NCBI RefSeq assembly: GCF_006345805.1
Contig: NC_042998.1
Location: 10,044,001-10,108,000, forward strand
Source: Octopus sinensis
Taxonomy: Eukaryota
Direction: 5' to 3'
Length of the DNA: 64,000 nucleotides
Shown: positions 49,446 through 64,000 of the stretch, in pieces
How the letters are laid out: every line of letters starts with the position of its first letter
Position numbering within the stretch: the stretch's first letter is position 1
Notes under the pieces: model-generated
What the model saw: the letters and a program-made list of their open reading frames with translations, nothing else
The model's database searches: none
Told to the model about the DNA's origin: nothing
Made by a program: the position numbers and the translations under genes

Positions 49446-52095
49446 ACCTTGTTCAATTTCCAGTTATTTACCTCACTTAAGAATTTTTCCCCAGTATTTT
49501 ACCATTTATTACATATTGTCTTTGCCCAGCATGCGTTCTCTAGCTTTTCGATTTGTCACTCTCGTTAAACCTAACATTTCTTCATATATATACTCCCATA
49601 AGCTTTCGTGTCCTTGTGGGATTGTTTTTACAGTAATTTCGTTGATTACGTTGAACCTACATCGGAGTGATTTATGATCTTTGACAAACAGTCGACTCAG
49701 CATTTTCTGTTTATCATATGTTAGTTTATATTTTAGATTTTCGGTCGTGACTGTGAATCTATTGTTTTAGCTTATGTATTCCACAAATTAAAGCTTCTAA
49801 TTTCGTTTGCCCTCTCTGCTCTTCTAATTTTTCTTTTATTTGCTTCTGGTATTTTGTGAGCGTATTATGTTACACTTCATAACAACGAAAATCTTCAAAA
49901 TGTCTTTTCGTAATAACGAGCTGTTTTCTTTCTTTCTCTCAAGTTACGAACTCGCTCTGATTCTAGATATACAACTTGATTGGAAGCACTCCGTCGGTTA
50001 CGACGACGAGGGTTCCGGTTGATCCGAATCAACGGAACAGCCTGCTCGTGAAATTAACGTGTAAGTGGCTGAGCACTCCACAGACACGTGTACCCTTAAC
50101 GTAGTTCTCGGGGATATTCAGCGTGACACAGAGAGTGACAAGGCCGGCCCCTTGAAATACAGGTACAACAGAAACAGGAAGTAAGAGTGAGAGAAAGTTG
50201 TGGTGAAAGAGTACAGCAGGGATCACCACCATCCCCTGCCGGAGACTCGTGGAGCTTTTAGGTGTTTTCGCTCAATAAACACTCACAACGCCCGGTCTGG
50301 GAATCGAAACTGCGATCCTGTGACCGCGAGTCCGCTGCCCTAACCACTGGGCCATTGCGCCTCCACAACTTGATACAGTACATTGTTTGTGCAATGTTTG
50401 GCTGGATTCCTTTCAGGTGGTTTCCTGCTGTATGATTAGATATATTTGGTCCGGGAAAAGTGAAGCTTGCTTCCCAACCACATGGTTTTGAGTTCAGTCC
50501 TACTGCATGGCACCTTGGGCAAGTGTTTTTTTTTTTACTATAGCCTCGGGCGACCAAAGTCTCGTGAGTGGATTTGGTTGACGGAATCCGAAAGGAGCCT
50601 GTCGTGTGTATTTATGTTTACGTGTGTGTGTCTTTAAGCCAGTGTTTGTCCTCCTCGCCACTGCTTCACAACCGGTGTTGGCATGTTTACGTGCCCGTAA
50701 CTCAGCGGTTCGGCAAAAGAGATCGATAGAATAAGTACCAGGCTTAAGAACAAAAAAAAAAAAACGTACTGTGGTCAATTCATTCTTCATGGCGGTGCCC
50801 CAGCATGGCCGCAGTCTTATGACTGAAACAAGTGAAAAATTAAAGATTAAATTTTTATCAAATATTTTCTCTTTTACGGTCATATTTCACATTTGTTCCA
50901 GTCTGCCATTTCAAATCATTCATTAGGTACTTAAAGATACGTTTGCAGTCATTTGTTCGTTCACCTCGATTTGAACTTCAAAATCAATTGCACTTGACCT
51001 AAGAATTGTGCAGTGAGTGGATGCTGCCTGCTTCTAGGTCGCTGTTGGCATTGATATGATATATGATCAATATTATAATCTTCACCATCATTTGGAGTGA
51101 TTAAGCTTGTTAATCCATACTGAATTTTGAAATCACTATGATATGATTTAATTTACGTTACCAGAAGTTTTTGCTTGCTTATCGAGATGTCTCAATGTAT
51201 GTATGTACGCATGTGTGTATGTATGTATGTATGCATTTATGTATGTATGTATGTATGTATGTTTGTACGTATGTATGTATGTTTGTATGTATGTATGTAT
51301 GTATGTATGTATGTGTGTATGTATGTATGTATGTGTGTATGTATGTATGTATGTGTGTGTGTGTATGTATGTATGTATGTATGTGTGTATGTATGTATGT
51401 ATGTGTGTATGTGTGTATGTATGTATGTATGTTGTATGTATGTATGTATGTGTGTATGTATGTATGTATGTGTGTATGTATGTATGTATGCATTTATGTA
51501 TGTATGTATGTATGTATGTTTGTACGTATGTATGTATGTATGTACGCATGTATGTATGTACGTATGTATGTATGTATGTATGTATGTATGTATGTATGTA
51601 TGTATGTATGTATGCATGCATGTATGTATGTATAATGTTTGTATGTATGTTTGTATATATGTATGTATATATATGTATGTATGTGTGCGAGGAAACGTCC
51701 GGACACAACAGTTACAATTCTCTCCTTCCTTATTTGCTATTTTTCAATGTATATTTCCCGGCGTCGCGTTGTCTCCTTGAGCAAGACACTTTATTTCACG
51801 TTGCTCCAGTCCACTCAGCTGGCAAAAATGAGTAGGACCGCTATTTCAAAGGGCCAGCCTTGTCCCATTCTGAATCTCCTTGAGAACTCCGTTAAGGGTA
51901 CACGCATCTGTGGAGTGCTCAGCCACATGCAGGTTAATTTCACGAGAAGGTTGTTCCGTTGATCGGATCAACTGGATCCTTCGTCGTCGTAACCGACGGA
52001 GTGCCAGTTTAGTTCAATTATATATAACTTGACATGTCTTTGTAGTGAGGTGCGTAAAACAAATGTGTCCTGTTTGCAGGTAATGTACTATATAT

Positions 52096-52507
52096 TTCTT
52101 TACTACCCACAAGGGGCTAAACACAGAGGGGACAAACAAGGATAGACAAAGGGATTAAGTCGATTATATCGACCCCAGTGCGTAACTGGAACTTAATTCA
52201 TCGACCCCGAAAGGATGAAAGGCAAAGTCGACCTCGGCGGAATTTGAACCCAGAACGTAGCAGCAGACGAAATACCTATTTCTTTACTACCCACAAGGGG
52301 CCAAACACAGAGGGGACAAACAAGGACAGACAAACGGATTAAGTCGATTACATCGACCCCAGTGCGTAACTGGTACTTAATTCATCGACCCCGAAAGGAT
52401 GAAAGGCAAAGTCGACCTCGGCGGAATTTGAACCCAGAACGTAACGGCAGACGAAATACGGCTACGCATTTCGCCCAACATGCTAACGTTTCTGCCAACT
52501 CGCCGCC
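52096..52507 (-). repeat. SINE-B concatemer (head plus 2 bodies)
   Basis: Junction GAAATACCTATTTCTTTACTAC at about 52270. Confidence 0.85.
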
Positions 52508-52950
52508 CTGTACTATAGGCATACACGAACGTGGCAGTGAGAAGAAAAGTAGAATTTCGGATTCTTGACCTAATCGGGTCCATCATATATCTATTTATTC
52601 ATTACCTTTTCTCTATATCAGCGGTTCTTAACCTTCGGTTCGTGACCCCTGGGGGGTGGGGTGGTATTTGAGATTTCTCGTGAGGCTCACGGAGGGTTTT
52701 GGAGCAAGTAATTTATTTCATGGTTTTGAGGTATTGCATTTGTTTTATGTTACCTTTACGCAAAGTTCATCATTATAAAATTTATTATAGGGGTCACGGT
52801 AATACCCTGGAGAGTCTCAGGGTGTAAGACGATGAAAAAGGTTAATGTAGCACCTAAACCTACATAGCAAACATACAAACATGATTTGCCTAGTTCTCCG
52901 TAGATTAAAAAAAACAAACAAACAAACAAAAAACAATGTTAAATAGCCTT

Positions 52951-52990
52951 CATCGATTTTCAACCCTTTTTAGGGTTTCGTCAGTGTCCA
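52951..52990 (-). ncRNA. Partial hammerhead-like motif
   Basis: Reverse complement: CTGACGA AACCCT-AAAA-AGGGTT GAAA ATCGAT G. Core and 6-bp stem II are perfect, but there is no NUH site and no stem I partner. Confidence 0.35.
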
Positions 52991-53189
52991 CATCACTTGA
53001 CCAAGTCTCAGTGAAGCAAGAAAGTAATCCGTTTATAAACCCATCAAATCTAAGTAGTTATGAAAAAAAAATGGAGCGTATTATACTAATTTGTACACTA
53101 TAAATATTTAACACTTTATTAAACATCAAGGAAAGCCAGTCAGTACAGTATCAAGGTATGGCAGAAACGTTAGCACGACCCTACCATCA

Positions 53190-53595
53190 CCAAACTGGAA
53201 CGCATACTCTTCCGCTTTTTGTGGAAGGGAAGCGTTCCGCTAAATGGAGGGCTAGGCATGCTGTGGTTGATGATGCGCAGACATGCGCTGAGACTGAGAC
53301 ATCTCCGGCGCTTCATAGACGACGGCGAACAGGTGTGGTCGCCGTTTGTGCGACGCGCTTTCCCGCAGTTCGTCTCTTTGGCCAAACTGCAGTCATGGAT
53401 CAAATAGAGACCGAGGCTAGGCGAATGGCACCGCGCGTGCCGCCTTGTTCTCAAGCAACTCTGCCGTCCGGGACCAAACTTGTGCAACTTCAATTCCACA
53501 AAGGTATTCTATAGAGGATTAGTGGAGGAGAGGTATGACGACGTTCTCGGGCAGAATCTAGGTGTCCACGAGGAACACCAGACGTTGTATTTGTT
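53190..53595 (+). mobile_element. Fragment of the same Tx1/L1-like LINE family as 58800-61665
   Basis: GGAACGCATACTCTTCCGC.. and GGGCTAGGCATGCTGTGGTTGATGATGCGCAGACATG align to 60330-60720. Confidence 0.75.
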
Positions 53596-53755
53596 TATAT
53601 GTATTTATGTATGTGTGTGGCTGTATGGTAAGAAGGTTGGTTCCAGATTTAGTTTCGCTGCGTAACACACTGGGTAAATGTCTTCTGCAATAGCTCTGGG
53701 CCAGTCTAAGCTTTGTGAGTGGATTTGACCGACGGAAACTGGAAGAAGCCTGTCG

Positions 53756-53806
<51 letters not shown>

Positions 53807-54683
53807 GTGCGTGTGTTTTGGTGTTTGTGTTTATCCCCTACCACCACTTGACAAGTGGAGGCACATGGCCTTAGTGGTTAGAGCAGCGGACTCGCGGTCG
53901 AGGGAACGCGGGTTCGAATCTCAGACTGGGCGATGTGTGTGTTTATGAACGAAACACCTAAGCTCCACACGGCTCCGGCAGAAGGTAATGGCGAACTTCT
54001 GCAGACTCGTTCGCCACAACTTTCTCTCACTCTTTCCTCCTGCATCTTGCAGCTCACCTGCGACGGACCGGCGTCCCGTCCAGGTGGGGAACCTATACGC
54101 CAAGGAAACCGGGAAACCGGTCCTAATCTGCCAGGCGTGGCTCGAGAAGGAACAAACAACCACTTGACAACCACTTGGTTTGTTTACGTCTCCATAACTT
54201 AGTGCTTCGCCAAAAATCGTACGATAGAATTAATTATCTGGCTTTTAAAACAAATGAGTAATACTGGGGTCGATTTGTTCGACTAAAGCCGTAAAAGCGA
54301 CACTCCAGCATGGCCAAAGTCTAATGATTGAAACAAGAAAAAGGATAAAAGAAAAGGATATGAGTGTGTAAAAAAAGTAAAGCGAATGTTACCTCTGCAA
54401 CTGATAAAGGACGGTTTGCCGGTTTTAAGGTGTATATATTCCCTACCTGGACGGGACGCCGGTCCGTCGCAAGATTGCTCATTTTTGCCAGCTGAGTGAA
54501 CTGGAACAACATGAAATGCAGTGCTTTGCTCAAGAATATAATGCGTCACCCGGCCCAGGGATCGAAACGACAATCTTACGATCAGGAGTCAAACACCCTT
54601 AACCGCTAAGCCACGCGCCTCCACAATATACGTCTGTGTGTTTGTATGTATGTATATATATACATGTGTGTGTGTGTGTGTGT

Positions 54684-54723
<40 letters not shown>

Positions 54724-55142
54724 TATGCGTTTCTTGGTATGTCTTAACGTTGACAAGTCTTGTAAAAACGTCGTCTGTGTAAATGTCATGTCACTTAAAA
54801 TGGAGGACAAGGAAAGAGCACTTTGATTATCAGGGAAGTCAAATATTATTTCTAGGGCAGATATAATTGACTATAAAAAGGAAAAACCCCTTTGAAGCGA
54901 TGCTCCAATAGCAGAAACTAGTGAATATAACACACACACACAGACATCTACGTTTATATGTCCAGAAGCAGAGTGGAACGTAGGAACCTACGTGGAGCTC
55001 TAAACACAACAGTGACAGTTGTTTGTATTTGTTATACACAAGATATACTTTTTGTGCATGCGCGCGCGCGTGTATACATACACACACACATAATACATAC
55101 ATACATACATACATACATACATACATACATACATACATACAG

Positions 55143-55200
<58 letters not shown>

Positions 55201-55212
55201 AATTATATATAG

Positions 55213-55245
<33 letters not shown>

Positions 55246-55292
55246 TATGAATGCATATAATATATATACATACATAAATACATATATATATA

Positions 55293-55329
<37 letters not shown>

Positions 55330-56391
55330 GCGCGCGTAAATATGTTCATTCTAATATGAAGAAAAGGTCAGATGGGACCAAATACATTTGACAGCATCAG
55401 GGAGGAAAAAAAGGAACATTAACAAAAGACAAACAAACCAAAAAACATACTCAATGTGTCCAAGCATTTGAAGAGAATGTCATTAAAAACTGATAATTGA
55501 TTCGAGACGCAACCCCCCCCCCCCGCACAGAAACCCCCTCCCAACGACCTCTAAAACGCAAACACCATCAATATCAGTAATCTTTCGAATGTTTAACTGA
55601 CTGAGTTTGCTTTTCTAAGGCTGGTCTTTGTAAGCCAATTAAGGTTTACACGAAACAAAGCAAGCTAATAATTGCACACTAACAGTCAGAAATGAGTTCA
55701 CTAATCATGTAAGAAACACTTTTTTTGTTTGTTGTCTGAAGGGACAGATATCTGCACGATTCTGGGTTAGGCTTAATTAAAAAGAAATATGTAATAATTG
55801 TGGTATACACGGCTAATAATTAGCTGGGATAAAAAAATTATCCCTGGTTTGTAACTTACTAACAAGCAATTATCGTACTCATTATTTGAGTCGACTTCCA
55901 TCCACGAACACAAGTACGTGCACACACATACTATTTCTTTACTACCCACAAGGGGCTAAACACAGAGGGGACAAACGGATTAAGTCAATTATATTGACCC
56001 CAGTGCGTAACTGGTACTTATTTAATCGACCCCGAAAGGATGAAAGGCAAAGTCGATCTCGGTGGAATTTGAACTCAGAACGTAACCGCAGACGAAATAC
56101 TACTAAGCACTGCGCCCGGCGTGCTAACCATTCTGCCAGCTCGCCGCCTTCTGTGCACACGCATACGCGTGTTTGCTATTTCTAGCAGGTCTAACGACCA
56201 CTTGGGGTTCCGTCGTTAACTCGGTATCAAAAGATATAACAGTTAAGACGACAGTGGCTTCGACCGTTGACTATATTGATGTTGATGACAATGGTGATAA
56301 CAAAGATGATAATAAATGAATGACGATGACAATAATAGTGACAGTGACAAATGATGAGTATGATGATAATGATGATGATGATGATGATGAT

Positions 56392-56808
56392 GGCGGCGAG
56401 CTGGCAGAATCGTTAGCACGTCGGGCAAAATGCTTAGCAGTATTTCGTCTGCCGCTACGTTCTGAGTTCAAATTCCGTCGAGGTCGACTTTGCCTTTCAT
56501 CCTTTCGGGGTCGATAAATTAAGTACCAGTTACGCACTGGGGTCGATATAATCGACTTAATCCGTTTGTCTGTCCTTGTTTGTCTTCTCCGTGTTTAGCC
56601 CCTTATGGGTAGTAAAGAAATAAGAATTTCGTCTGCCGTTACGTTCTGAGTTCAAATTCCGTCGAGGTCGACTTTGCCTTTCATCCTTTCGGGGTCGATT
56701 GAATAAGTACCAGTTACGCACTGGGGTCGATGTAATCGATTTAATCCCTTTGTCTGTCCTTGTTTGTCTCCTCTGTGTTTATCCGCCTGTGGGCAATAAA
56801 GAAATAAA
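56392..56808 (+). repeat. SINE-B concatemer (head plus 2 bodies)
   Basis: Junction GTAAAGAAATAAGAATTTCGTC at about 56612-56633. Confidence 0.85.
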
Positions 56809-57463
56809 TCTGACGGTGACCTGACGACGAACAGAGGATGAAGATATGACGTTGGTCGCTATGCAGTTGCAGTGAAGAAAATAATTCTTCTGTAAATGGA
56901 TAACAAACTTATGCATAAGAATAAAAACCGAAGAGAAAACCCGATTAATCATCTGATTAACAAACAAAATACAGAAGAAAAAATAAAACAGAAAAGGAAA
57001 AATGAGAAAAAGTTATTGTTTATATTTCGAAACGATTCTAAAGCCCTTCGGTAAGAATAAGTCTCTTAAACGTTGACCTTCCCTACGACAGATGGCAAGT
57101 CTTGGGGGTTACTTAGCCGGAGCCTAGAAACATTTCCGCTGCTGAATTCAAGATCCGGTTCAGCTGGACAAATCTCGGTTAATCTCAAACGGAAGTCCTA
57201 CACACTTGAATAATATAAATAAATAATATATTTATATATCATATATTTATATAATATATATTATATATATATATTTAATGAATATATATAGGCGCAGGAG
57301 TGGCTGTGTGGTAAGTAGCTTGCTTACCAACCACATGGTTCCGGGTTCAGTCCCACTGCGTGGCACCTTGGGCAAGTGCTTCTACTATAGCCTCGGGCCG
57401 ACCAAAGCCTTGTGAGTGGATTTGATAGACGGAAACTGAAAGAAGCTCGTCGTATATATGTAT

Positions 57464-57525
<62 letters not shown>

Positions 57526-57776
57526 GTGTGTGTGTGTGTGTGCATGTATGTTTGTGTGTCAGTGTTTGTCCCCCTAGCATTGCTTGACAACCGATGCTGG
57601 TGTGTTTATGTCCCCGTCACTTAGCAGTTCGGCAAAAGAAACCGATAGAATAAGTACTAGGCTTACAAAGAATAAGTCCCGGGGTCGAGTTGCTCGATTA
57701 AAGGCGGTGCTCCAGCATGGCCGCAGTCAAATGACTGAAACAAGTAAAAGAGTAAAAGAGTATATATTTATATATA

Positions 57777-57818
<42 letters not shown>

Positions 57819-57949
57819 ATTAGATGGTGATGTAGATGATACATTAAAGCAAAATGATTGGCTGGCTGCTCTAAAATGGTAATAAAAAGGGTTCGTATCT
57901 CGCCTACCCTCCGGCGATGTATATGTGTATCGTTGTGTGCGTGGATATA

Positions 57950-58200
57950 CGAGGTGCATTCAGAAGGTGTCCGGCTCTATTTTTCCCGCCAAAACTATTG
58001 CTGCGGGAGAAAATCCTTTAAGTGAGAAGCGATGTCCCTCTTTCTGGGCATGCGTGAACATTTTTGCGCCGATAGGTCGCGTCAGTTCTCTGCTGTTACG
58101 CCTAGAGTACAGATGTGTAGTGCGCAAGATGAAAACGAAAATCCGATGAGCGGATTTTGAGTTTGACATTTATTTTTGGGTCTTGTGAGAAACTGCTGTC
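57950..58200 (+). mobile_element. Possible mariner 5' terminal remnant
   Basis: TA|CGAGGTGCATTCAGAAGG resembles mariner TIR starts. No partner TIR or clear ORF found. Confidence 0.3.
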
Positions 58201-58734
58201 TTGCTGAAACACGTATGTCCTTTATCTAGGGTTTAACAATTGTCTCCGACTTATCAACACATTCTGCAGTTAATTCTAAGACCCCGTGGAAAGATGGGTC
58301 AATATAAAGACCTTCACCCGGGAACAAAAAAAAAAAAATAATAAACCAGCCTGGTGGGTGTTAACAAGTGGGTGGAAAACGAATATGAAAACAAAAAACC
58401 GCGTGCTGACGACCCTGGGGGTGGGGGAAGGGGACTTTTGGAGAATTCACACGATCCGATTTTTCCGTTATAACTTCCGGTAAAATGGATATATATTGAT
58501 TTTTTTAACGGAATCCCACGTTTTTGGTTATGGAGGATTCGATTCCGAAAAAAAGATTTTTCCAAAAATCGCATTTTCAAAATTTCAGTCCCCTCCCCCC
58601 CCGAAATTATTTTTTTGCGAAATACCTGGAAAAATTTTAAAAAAAGATTACGATTCTGAAAAAAATTGGTTTGTAAAATTTCAATTTTCCAAATATATAT
58701 GTATATATATATATATATATAGATATATATATAT

Positions 58735-58788
<54 letters not shown>

Positions 58789-58799
58789 TACTAATAATG

Positions 58800-61627
58800 G
58801 TAAGACAACAAAAGAATGAAAGTTATCTTCCTTGGAACGTCCCGCTCTTTAGTGTTAGTGAGGGATTCGAATGGAGTTTTAGATGTAAGGTGGGACTCTG
58901 TAGGTTTAGCAGATAGGAGCGGAGAGTGCAAAAGCCTCGCAAACCTGCTCGACGATTCCATCTGACAGATATCGACTGGATTTCTCGGATGTGCCAGTGT
59001 GGACCTGGTCGAAACGCATCGGGTCATCCAGATCGTATTTGGATAGGGTATTCAGTGGAGTAGCAGATAAGGATAGCATAGGTTGTTTACAGTTTAAAGT
59101 AATCGACTACACAGACCACAAATTCGTGATTTTTACAGTCGACTTAGGCTTCATAGACGGTTACGGGAAGCTGAACACGTCGTTGTCGGTGCGTAAAGAT
59201 ATCAGCGACCAGATTAGTGAACTGGTTAAGAGGGCGTTGGCGGAAGTAATAATCAGCAATAAATGGTCGTTCGCCTTGAAAAGGGCAATTAGAATAGAAC
59301 CGATAAGGTTTAGCAAAGGACTAGCATTAGAAAGAAACAGAGTAGAGGCAAGGCTTTGTTAAAAAGTTAAACGAGGCTTTTAGAAAAGGCATTGCAATCG
59401 ACGTGCTTGCGCCAACATTGGCACTCGACCAATTCTCTAACGCGCAACACGAAGGCTGCGTTGTCAGAGCTAAGGTACGAGCACTTAGACATGAAGGGAC
59501 GAAAGCCGTTCAATAGGCCCGAGTGGCAGAGGCACAACGTGACGATAAATCCACGTCCGATCGTTGCCGGACCACGACGGGCAAATCATAACTGATCCAA
59601 TACAGATGTGTGCGGCCTCGCAGCGGCGCTTCGCTCAACTGTTCTGGAGCAGCGGTAAGCCGGGTCGCAGGATGGATTTCACGTGTTACCTCGGCGGACT
59701 GCCTCGGCTCACGGTGGACTGTCGCGGCTCTCGGCGACGGAGGCGGATGGCTGCGAAAGGCCGATAACAGCTTTTGGAATATTGGAAGCAATGGCTAGCT
59801 GCACGAGGGGTAAATCGCTTGGTTTGGATGGTCTGCCCAACGACCTTTGCGCTTACATGCCAGACTTCTTGGGTGACTTCTTAGCAAGCGTTTACTGCAA
59901 CTAGAAAAAGAATAGGCAAATTTTGAGAACCGAGGAGCGGTGGCGTTGTTGAGAAAAGATCTGAAGAAGGAGGATTGTATTGATAACTTTAGGCCCAGGT
60001 GTTAGCTACGACGTCGGAGATCTGATAGGGGAAGCACAGACATGTGATACCCCGAAAAGATCTATCCACAACAAACTTCACCTCATGCGATACATCATTG
60101 AGAAAGTGACTAAAGAACCTGGCACGGGTGGGGCCCCGATCAATTTAGACTAGTCTAAAGCTTTCGATAGGGTCCACCATCTATACCTAGGGACTACTCT
60201 CACCCAGAAATAGGCCGAGAGAAAGCTATCCCTGAAAGGTCGGGCAGAAAGGTGGCTAACGCGTATATCGTGTTCGTCATCTACTCTCGCTTGATCATAG
60301 TGCCTTGTCCTGGCCACCGTCTGATTATGCTGGAGCGTATACTCTTCCGCCTCTTGTAGAAGGAACGCGTCCCGATGGTCGGCAGTCTATCTGCTGTCAG
60401 CACTCGCTAAGTGGTGGCCTGGGCATGCCGTGGTAGATGATACGCAGACATGACTCTGAGGGTACGATATCTCCAGAGCTTCACGGTGAACAGTTGTGGT
60501 CGCCGTTCGCCAGATACGTATTTCCGCCGCTAGATTCTTTAACGGAGCTGGAGTCTAGGGCAAAACAGAGACCGAAGGGGAGCATTTGGAAAGTGGAATG
60601 TCTTCAACTGCTCGCAGCCCTCAGCCAATCGGACACTGCAATAGGTGGAACGTCCATTTTAGCCCTTTATAGAGAATTAGAGAAGGAAAAGTGCGACAAC
60701 GTTCTTGAGGAGACCTTGGGTGTCGAAGAAGATCAAATAACCGCTTTTTTTCGGAGAACATTCCGGCCGGGACCGATGGATAGTTTCAAAAAATCTCTGG
60801 CCTGGCATTGCTACCGGGGAGCCTTGTCTGTTCGAGACAAACTTTACAGGCACGGAAGTGTCGTCAGCCGAACATGTCCGAAATGCGCGCAGGAGGACGA
60901 AACGGTCCTACACGCACCCGTCCAGTGCCCGAACATTGCTGACCTGTGGGTTTATGTGAAACACCTGCTGTCGCGTGTGGAACGGATCCTGCTAGCAACT
61001 GAATCCATCGTGAAGTTCGCCCCCGCCGCCTTCCTTTAACCGGGATGGAAAGACTGTGTTTATATGCCTGGTGGCCATGGCGAAAAAGGTTGTATGGTGG
61101 ACGAGATTGAAGGGGCTAAAGACCAACACTTTTCTCTTTGGTCAACCCTTGATCAACTTCTTCAGGTTTCACTTGAAAAGGAAAATAAGGGTAGGGAGGG
61201 AAGTGTTGTCTTCTAGCCATTTTGCTGAAAGGGGGATAAAAGTGGCAAAATGGTGCGAGTGAACGGGCCTGCCCTGAGCATAAGCCTGTAGTTTAGAAAA
61301 AGGTAAGGAAAAGAAAAAAGGCACCTGCCCCAAAAGTCAGGGTACCCATGGGTTTTTTATGGGGTTTTTCCATGAGCAGCACTCGAACGTCTCCTCCCTA
61401 TTGAAGCTTACACATTGTTGATTTCCTTTCCTTTGTTTGTTTTTTTTGTTTCTTTTTCTTTTTAAAAAAAATTATTGTTAGTCTTGATTACAGCAAAACC
61501 CTCACAACAACACACATACACACACAATCTTTGTTTTGTCCTGTGCTGCACATGTTTTCTTAATGTAAACCTTTGTGGTTAATAAAGAAATCATCATCAT
61601 CGTTATTATTATTATTATTATTATTAC

Positions 61628-61665
<38 letters not shown>
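58800..61665 (+). mobile_element. Tx1/L1-clade LINE, 5' truncated, RT core deleted, decayed
   Basis: Endonuclease (LVRDSNGVLD.., WTWS...SSRSYLDRVF, TDHKFV), RT N-terminus (KSLGLDGLP, DNFRP, INLD*SKAFDRV) and C-terminal zinc knuckle CPKCAQEDETVLHAPVQCP. No YADD segment seen. AATAAA and (TTA)n tail at about 61580-61665. Confidence 0.88.
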
Positions 61666-61667
<2 letters not shown>

Positions 61668-62502
61668 AACTCATAAATCATTGGTCAGTGCCAGTCTATA
61701 GTTGGAAATACTTGCCTAAGCTGAAGGGCATTTGAAAACTTATAAAAACAAACATTATATACACACACATATGGACTATGTATGTATGTATGTATGTATG
61801 TATGTATGTATGTAGTATGTATGTATGTATGTATATATGTATGTTCGTACGTATGTATGTATATGCACACTTCGTGTATCAAGGTAGTTTTTGTACTAAC
61901 TGAATAGTCGTTTGGAGATAAGCCTGTTCGCCGACTATTCACCCATACAAAACGCTGAAACATAAGTGAAAAGCAAACAAATATCAATCGAATTTCATTC
62001 ACAAACAGCAATAAAAAATGAACTGAAATGGTTTGTATAAAATAGTCTGTGTATTGAATACAATATCTTAAAGGAAGCGTGATGTTTGCTTTGAAACGAC
62101 AACAAATGTTTTGAGAAATTAAAAGGACATACGTTGTATTTGCAGATAGAAATGTTGCTACAATTTTCTGCAAAATTGCACGTAGGCCGCAAGTTACTTA
62201 TAAAAGGAATCATTATTCATATTTCACAATAAAAAAATAAACCGCTCCTCTCAAATGTCCTTGACCTCGCAACTAAATTTTTTTTTCTTACTATAGGCAC
62301 AAAGCCTGAGAGGTTGCGGGAGGAGGCTAGTGGACTACGTCAACCCCAGTGCTCAACTGGTACTTATTTTATCGATCCCGAAAGATTGACCGGCATAGCT
62401 GACCTGAGAGACATTTCAACTCAGGACGTAAAAACCCGGAAGAAATTCCACTACGCATTTTGTCCGGCGCGCAAACGGTTCTGCCAATTCGCCGCCTTTA
62501 CA

Positions 62503-62799
62503 TCTTTATATATAAAAGTGAAGTTGTGTGTCTTTCTCCTACGATTTAGATTCCTAACTACTCCCACATTTTGCGGTGCAGTTTAACCAAAACCGGGTAT
62601 CTTATAGTCGTGATTCATATCGAGCCCTTCTGTGTATTAGCGCGCGTCTACGATGAGTCTACGATTTAAAAAAAAATTACCATCATTTTTCCGCATTTTT
62701 AATGATTTTTGCTCGGTTATATAAGGGAAGTAACTCTCTAAAAATGCTTATATAGTTATTTCCCTTACAAACCCGAGCAACGCCGGGCGATACTGCTAG
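62503..62799 (+). mobile_element. Non-autonomous Helitron, 297 bp
   Basis: A|TCTTTATATATAAAAG ... CCCGAGCAACGCCGGG hairpin ... CTAG|T. Shares both ends with 29415-29927. Confidence 0.88.
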
Positions 62800-63039
62800 T
62801 TGTCACTAAATGACGACTTCCTTCATCTCCCTCGCTATCCTCCGGGGTATCGCCTTTTCCATTTTGTTTGCTGGTGCCATGAGAAATCTTTCTATAATGT
62901 GAGAGGCACTAACACAATACATCTAGAAATTCTATCTTTTCACCCTTATTCTTTATTATTTTCCTTATCCACATTTTTAAACCTTCCTTACCATTCTTTG
63001 TTTAACATGTCTATTATTAACGTTATATTTCCTTATCCA

Positions 63040-63642
63040 GGCGGCAAGCTGGCAGAAACGTTCGCACGCCGGGCGAAATGCTTAGCAGTATTATTTCGAC
63101 TGCCGCTACATTCTGGGTTCAAATTCCGCCGAGGTCGACTTTGCCTTTCATGCTTTCGGGGTCGATAAATTAAGTACCAGTTACGCACTGGGGTCGATAT
63201 AATCGACTTAATCTGTGTCAGTCCTTGTTTGTCCTCTCTGTGTTTAGCCCCTTGTGGGTAGTAAAGAAATAGGTATTTCGTCTGCCGTTACGTTCTGAGT
63301 TCAAATTCCGCCAAGGTCGACTTTGCCTTTCATGCTTTCGGGGTCGATTAAATAAGTACCAGTTACGCACTGGGGTCGATATAATCGACTTAATCTGTGT
63401 GTCAGTCCTTGTTTGTCCTCTCTGTGTTTAGCCCCTTGTGGGTAGTAAAGAAATAGGTATTTCGTCTGCCGTTACGTTCTAAGTTCAAATTCCGCCGAGG
63501 TCGACTTTGCCTTTCATGCTTTCGGGGTCGATAAATTAAGTACCAGTTACTCACTGGGGTCGATGTAACCGACTTAATCCGTTTGTCTGTCCTTGTTTGT
63601 CCCCTCAGTGTTTAGCCCCTTGTGGGTAGTAAAGAAATATAT
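63040..63642 (+). repeat. SINE-B concatemer (head plus 3 bodies)
   Basis: Junction GTAAAGAAATAGGTATTTCGTC at about 63261 and 63445. Confidence 0.88.
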
Positions 63643-64000
63643 ATTTCCTTATCCCACTTGTGTGGTTTGATAAGTAGATTTTAAAATAGCGTGAAGGCGC
63701 ATGGCCCAATGGTTAGGGTGTTGCACACATGATCGTTAGACTGTGGGTTCGATTCACAGACTGGGCGCCGCGTCATGCTGTTGAGCAAAACACTTCATTT
63801 CACGTTGCTCCAGTTCCCCTTTTTATCGGAAGGGAATGCTGGCCTGCTCACCTAGCCAGCAGGGTGGCACCATCCGAAGACTAAAAACAATGCAAAGCAC
63901 ATTGAGGCCAGCAATGATTAACAGCGTCTGTTAGTCTGATCAGTCACGTGGCCACTTTAAAATCGATAATTGTACTTTGATAATGCTTTAACCCATTCAA

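Noticed and set aside
55620-55860. Cluster of TAAT/ATTA homeodomain cores
   Set aside because: Expected by chance in DNA this AT-rich; no independent support.
56815-56865. CTGACGA hammerhead-like start
   Set aside because: No stem II, and GAAG instead of GAAA.

Overview
AT-rich, repeat-saturated animal genomic DNA. The SINE families, microsatellite load and TTAGGG-type repeats look like octopod cephalopod (Octopus-like) DNA; that species call is from recall, not a search. I find no host protein-coding gene that I can support. Nearly all listed ORFs are microsatellite or SINE artefacts, or decayed transposon fragments. Solid features: one intact tRNA-Arg(ACG) gene with a decayed tandem copy; a full-length but dead mariner with TIRs and TA TSD; maT-like and Tc1-like remnants; RTE, Tx1/L1-like, R4/Dong-like and Penelope-like retroelement fragments; three non-autonomous Helitrons; two MITEs with 8-bp TSDs; a 12 x 39-bp minisatellite; dozens of tRNA-derived SINEs; and a 100-N gap. 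The most interesting signal is a set of about 11 minimal type I hammerhead ribozyme motifs from several unrelated sequence families. Five fold acceptably by eye. Six sit as divergent back-to-back pairs inside three fold-back (palindromic) elements. In two sister fold-backs the arms co-vary within each copy and the central spacer is flipped between copies. Second, one SINE family repeatedly forms head-plus-multiple-body concatemers with an identical self-complementary junction at independent loci.
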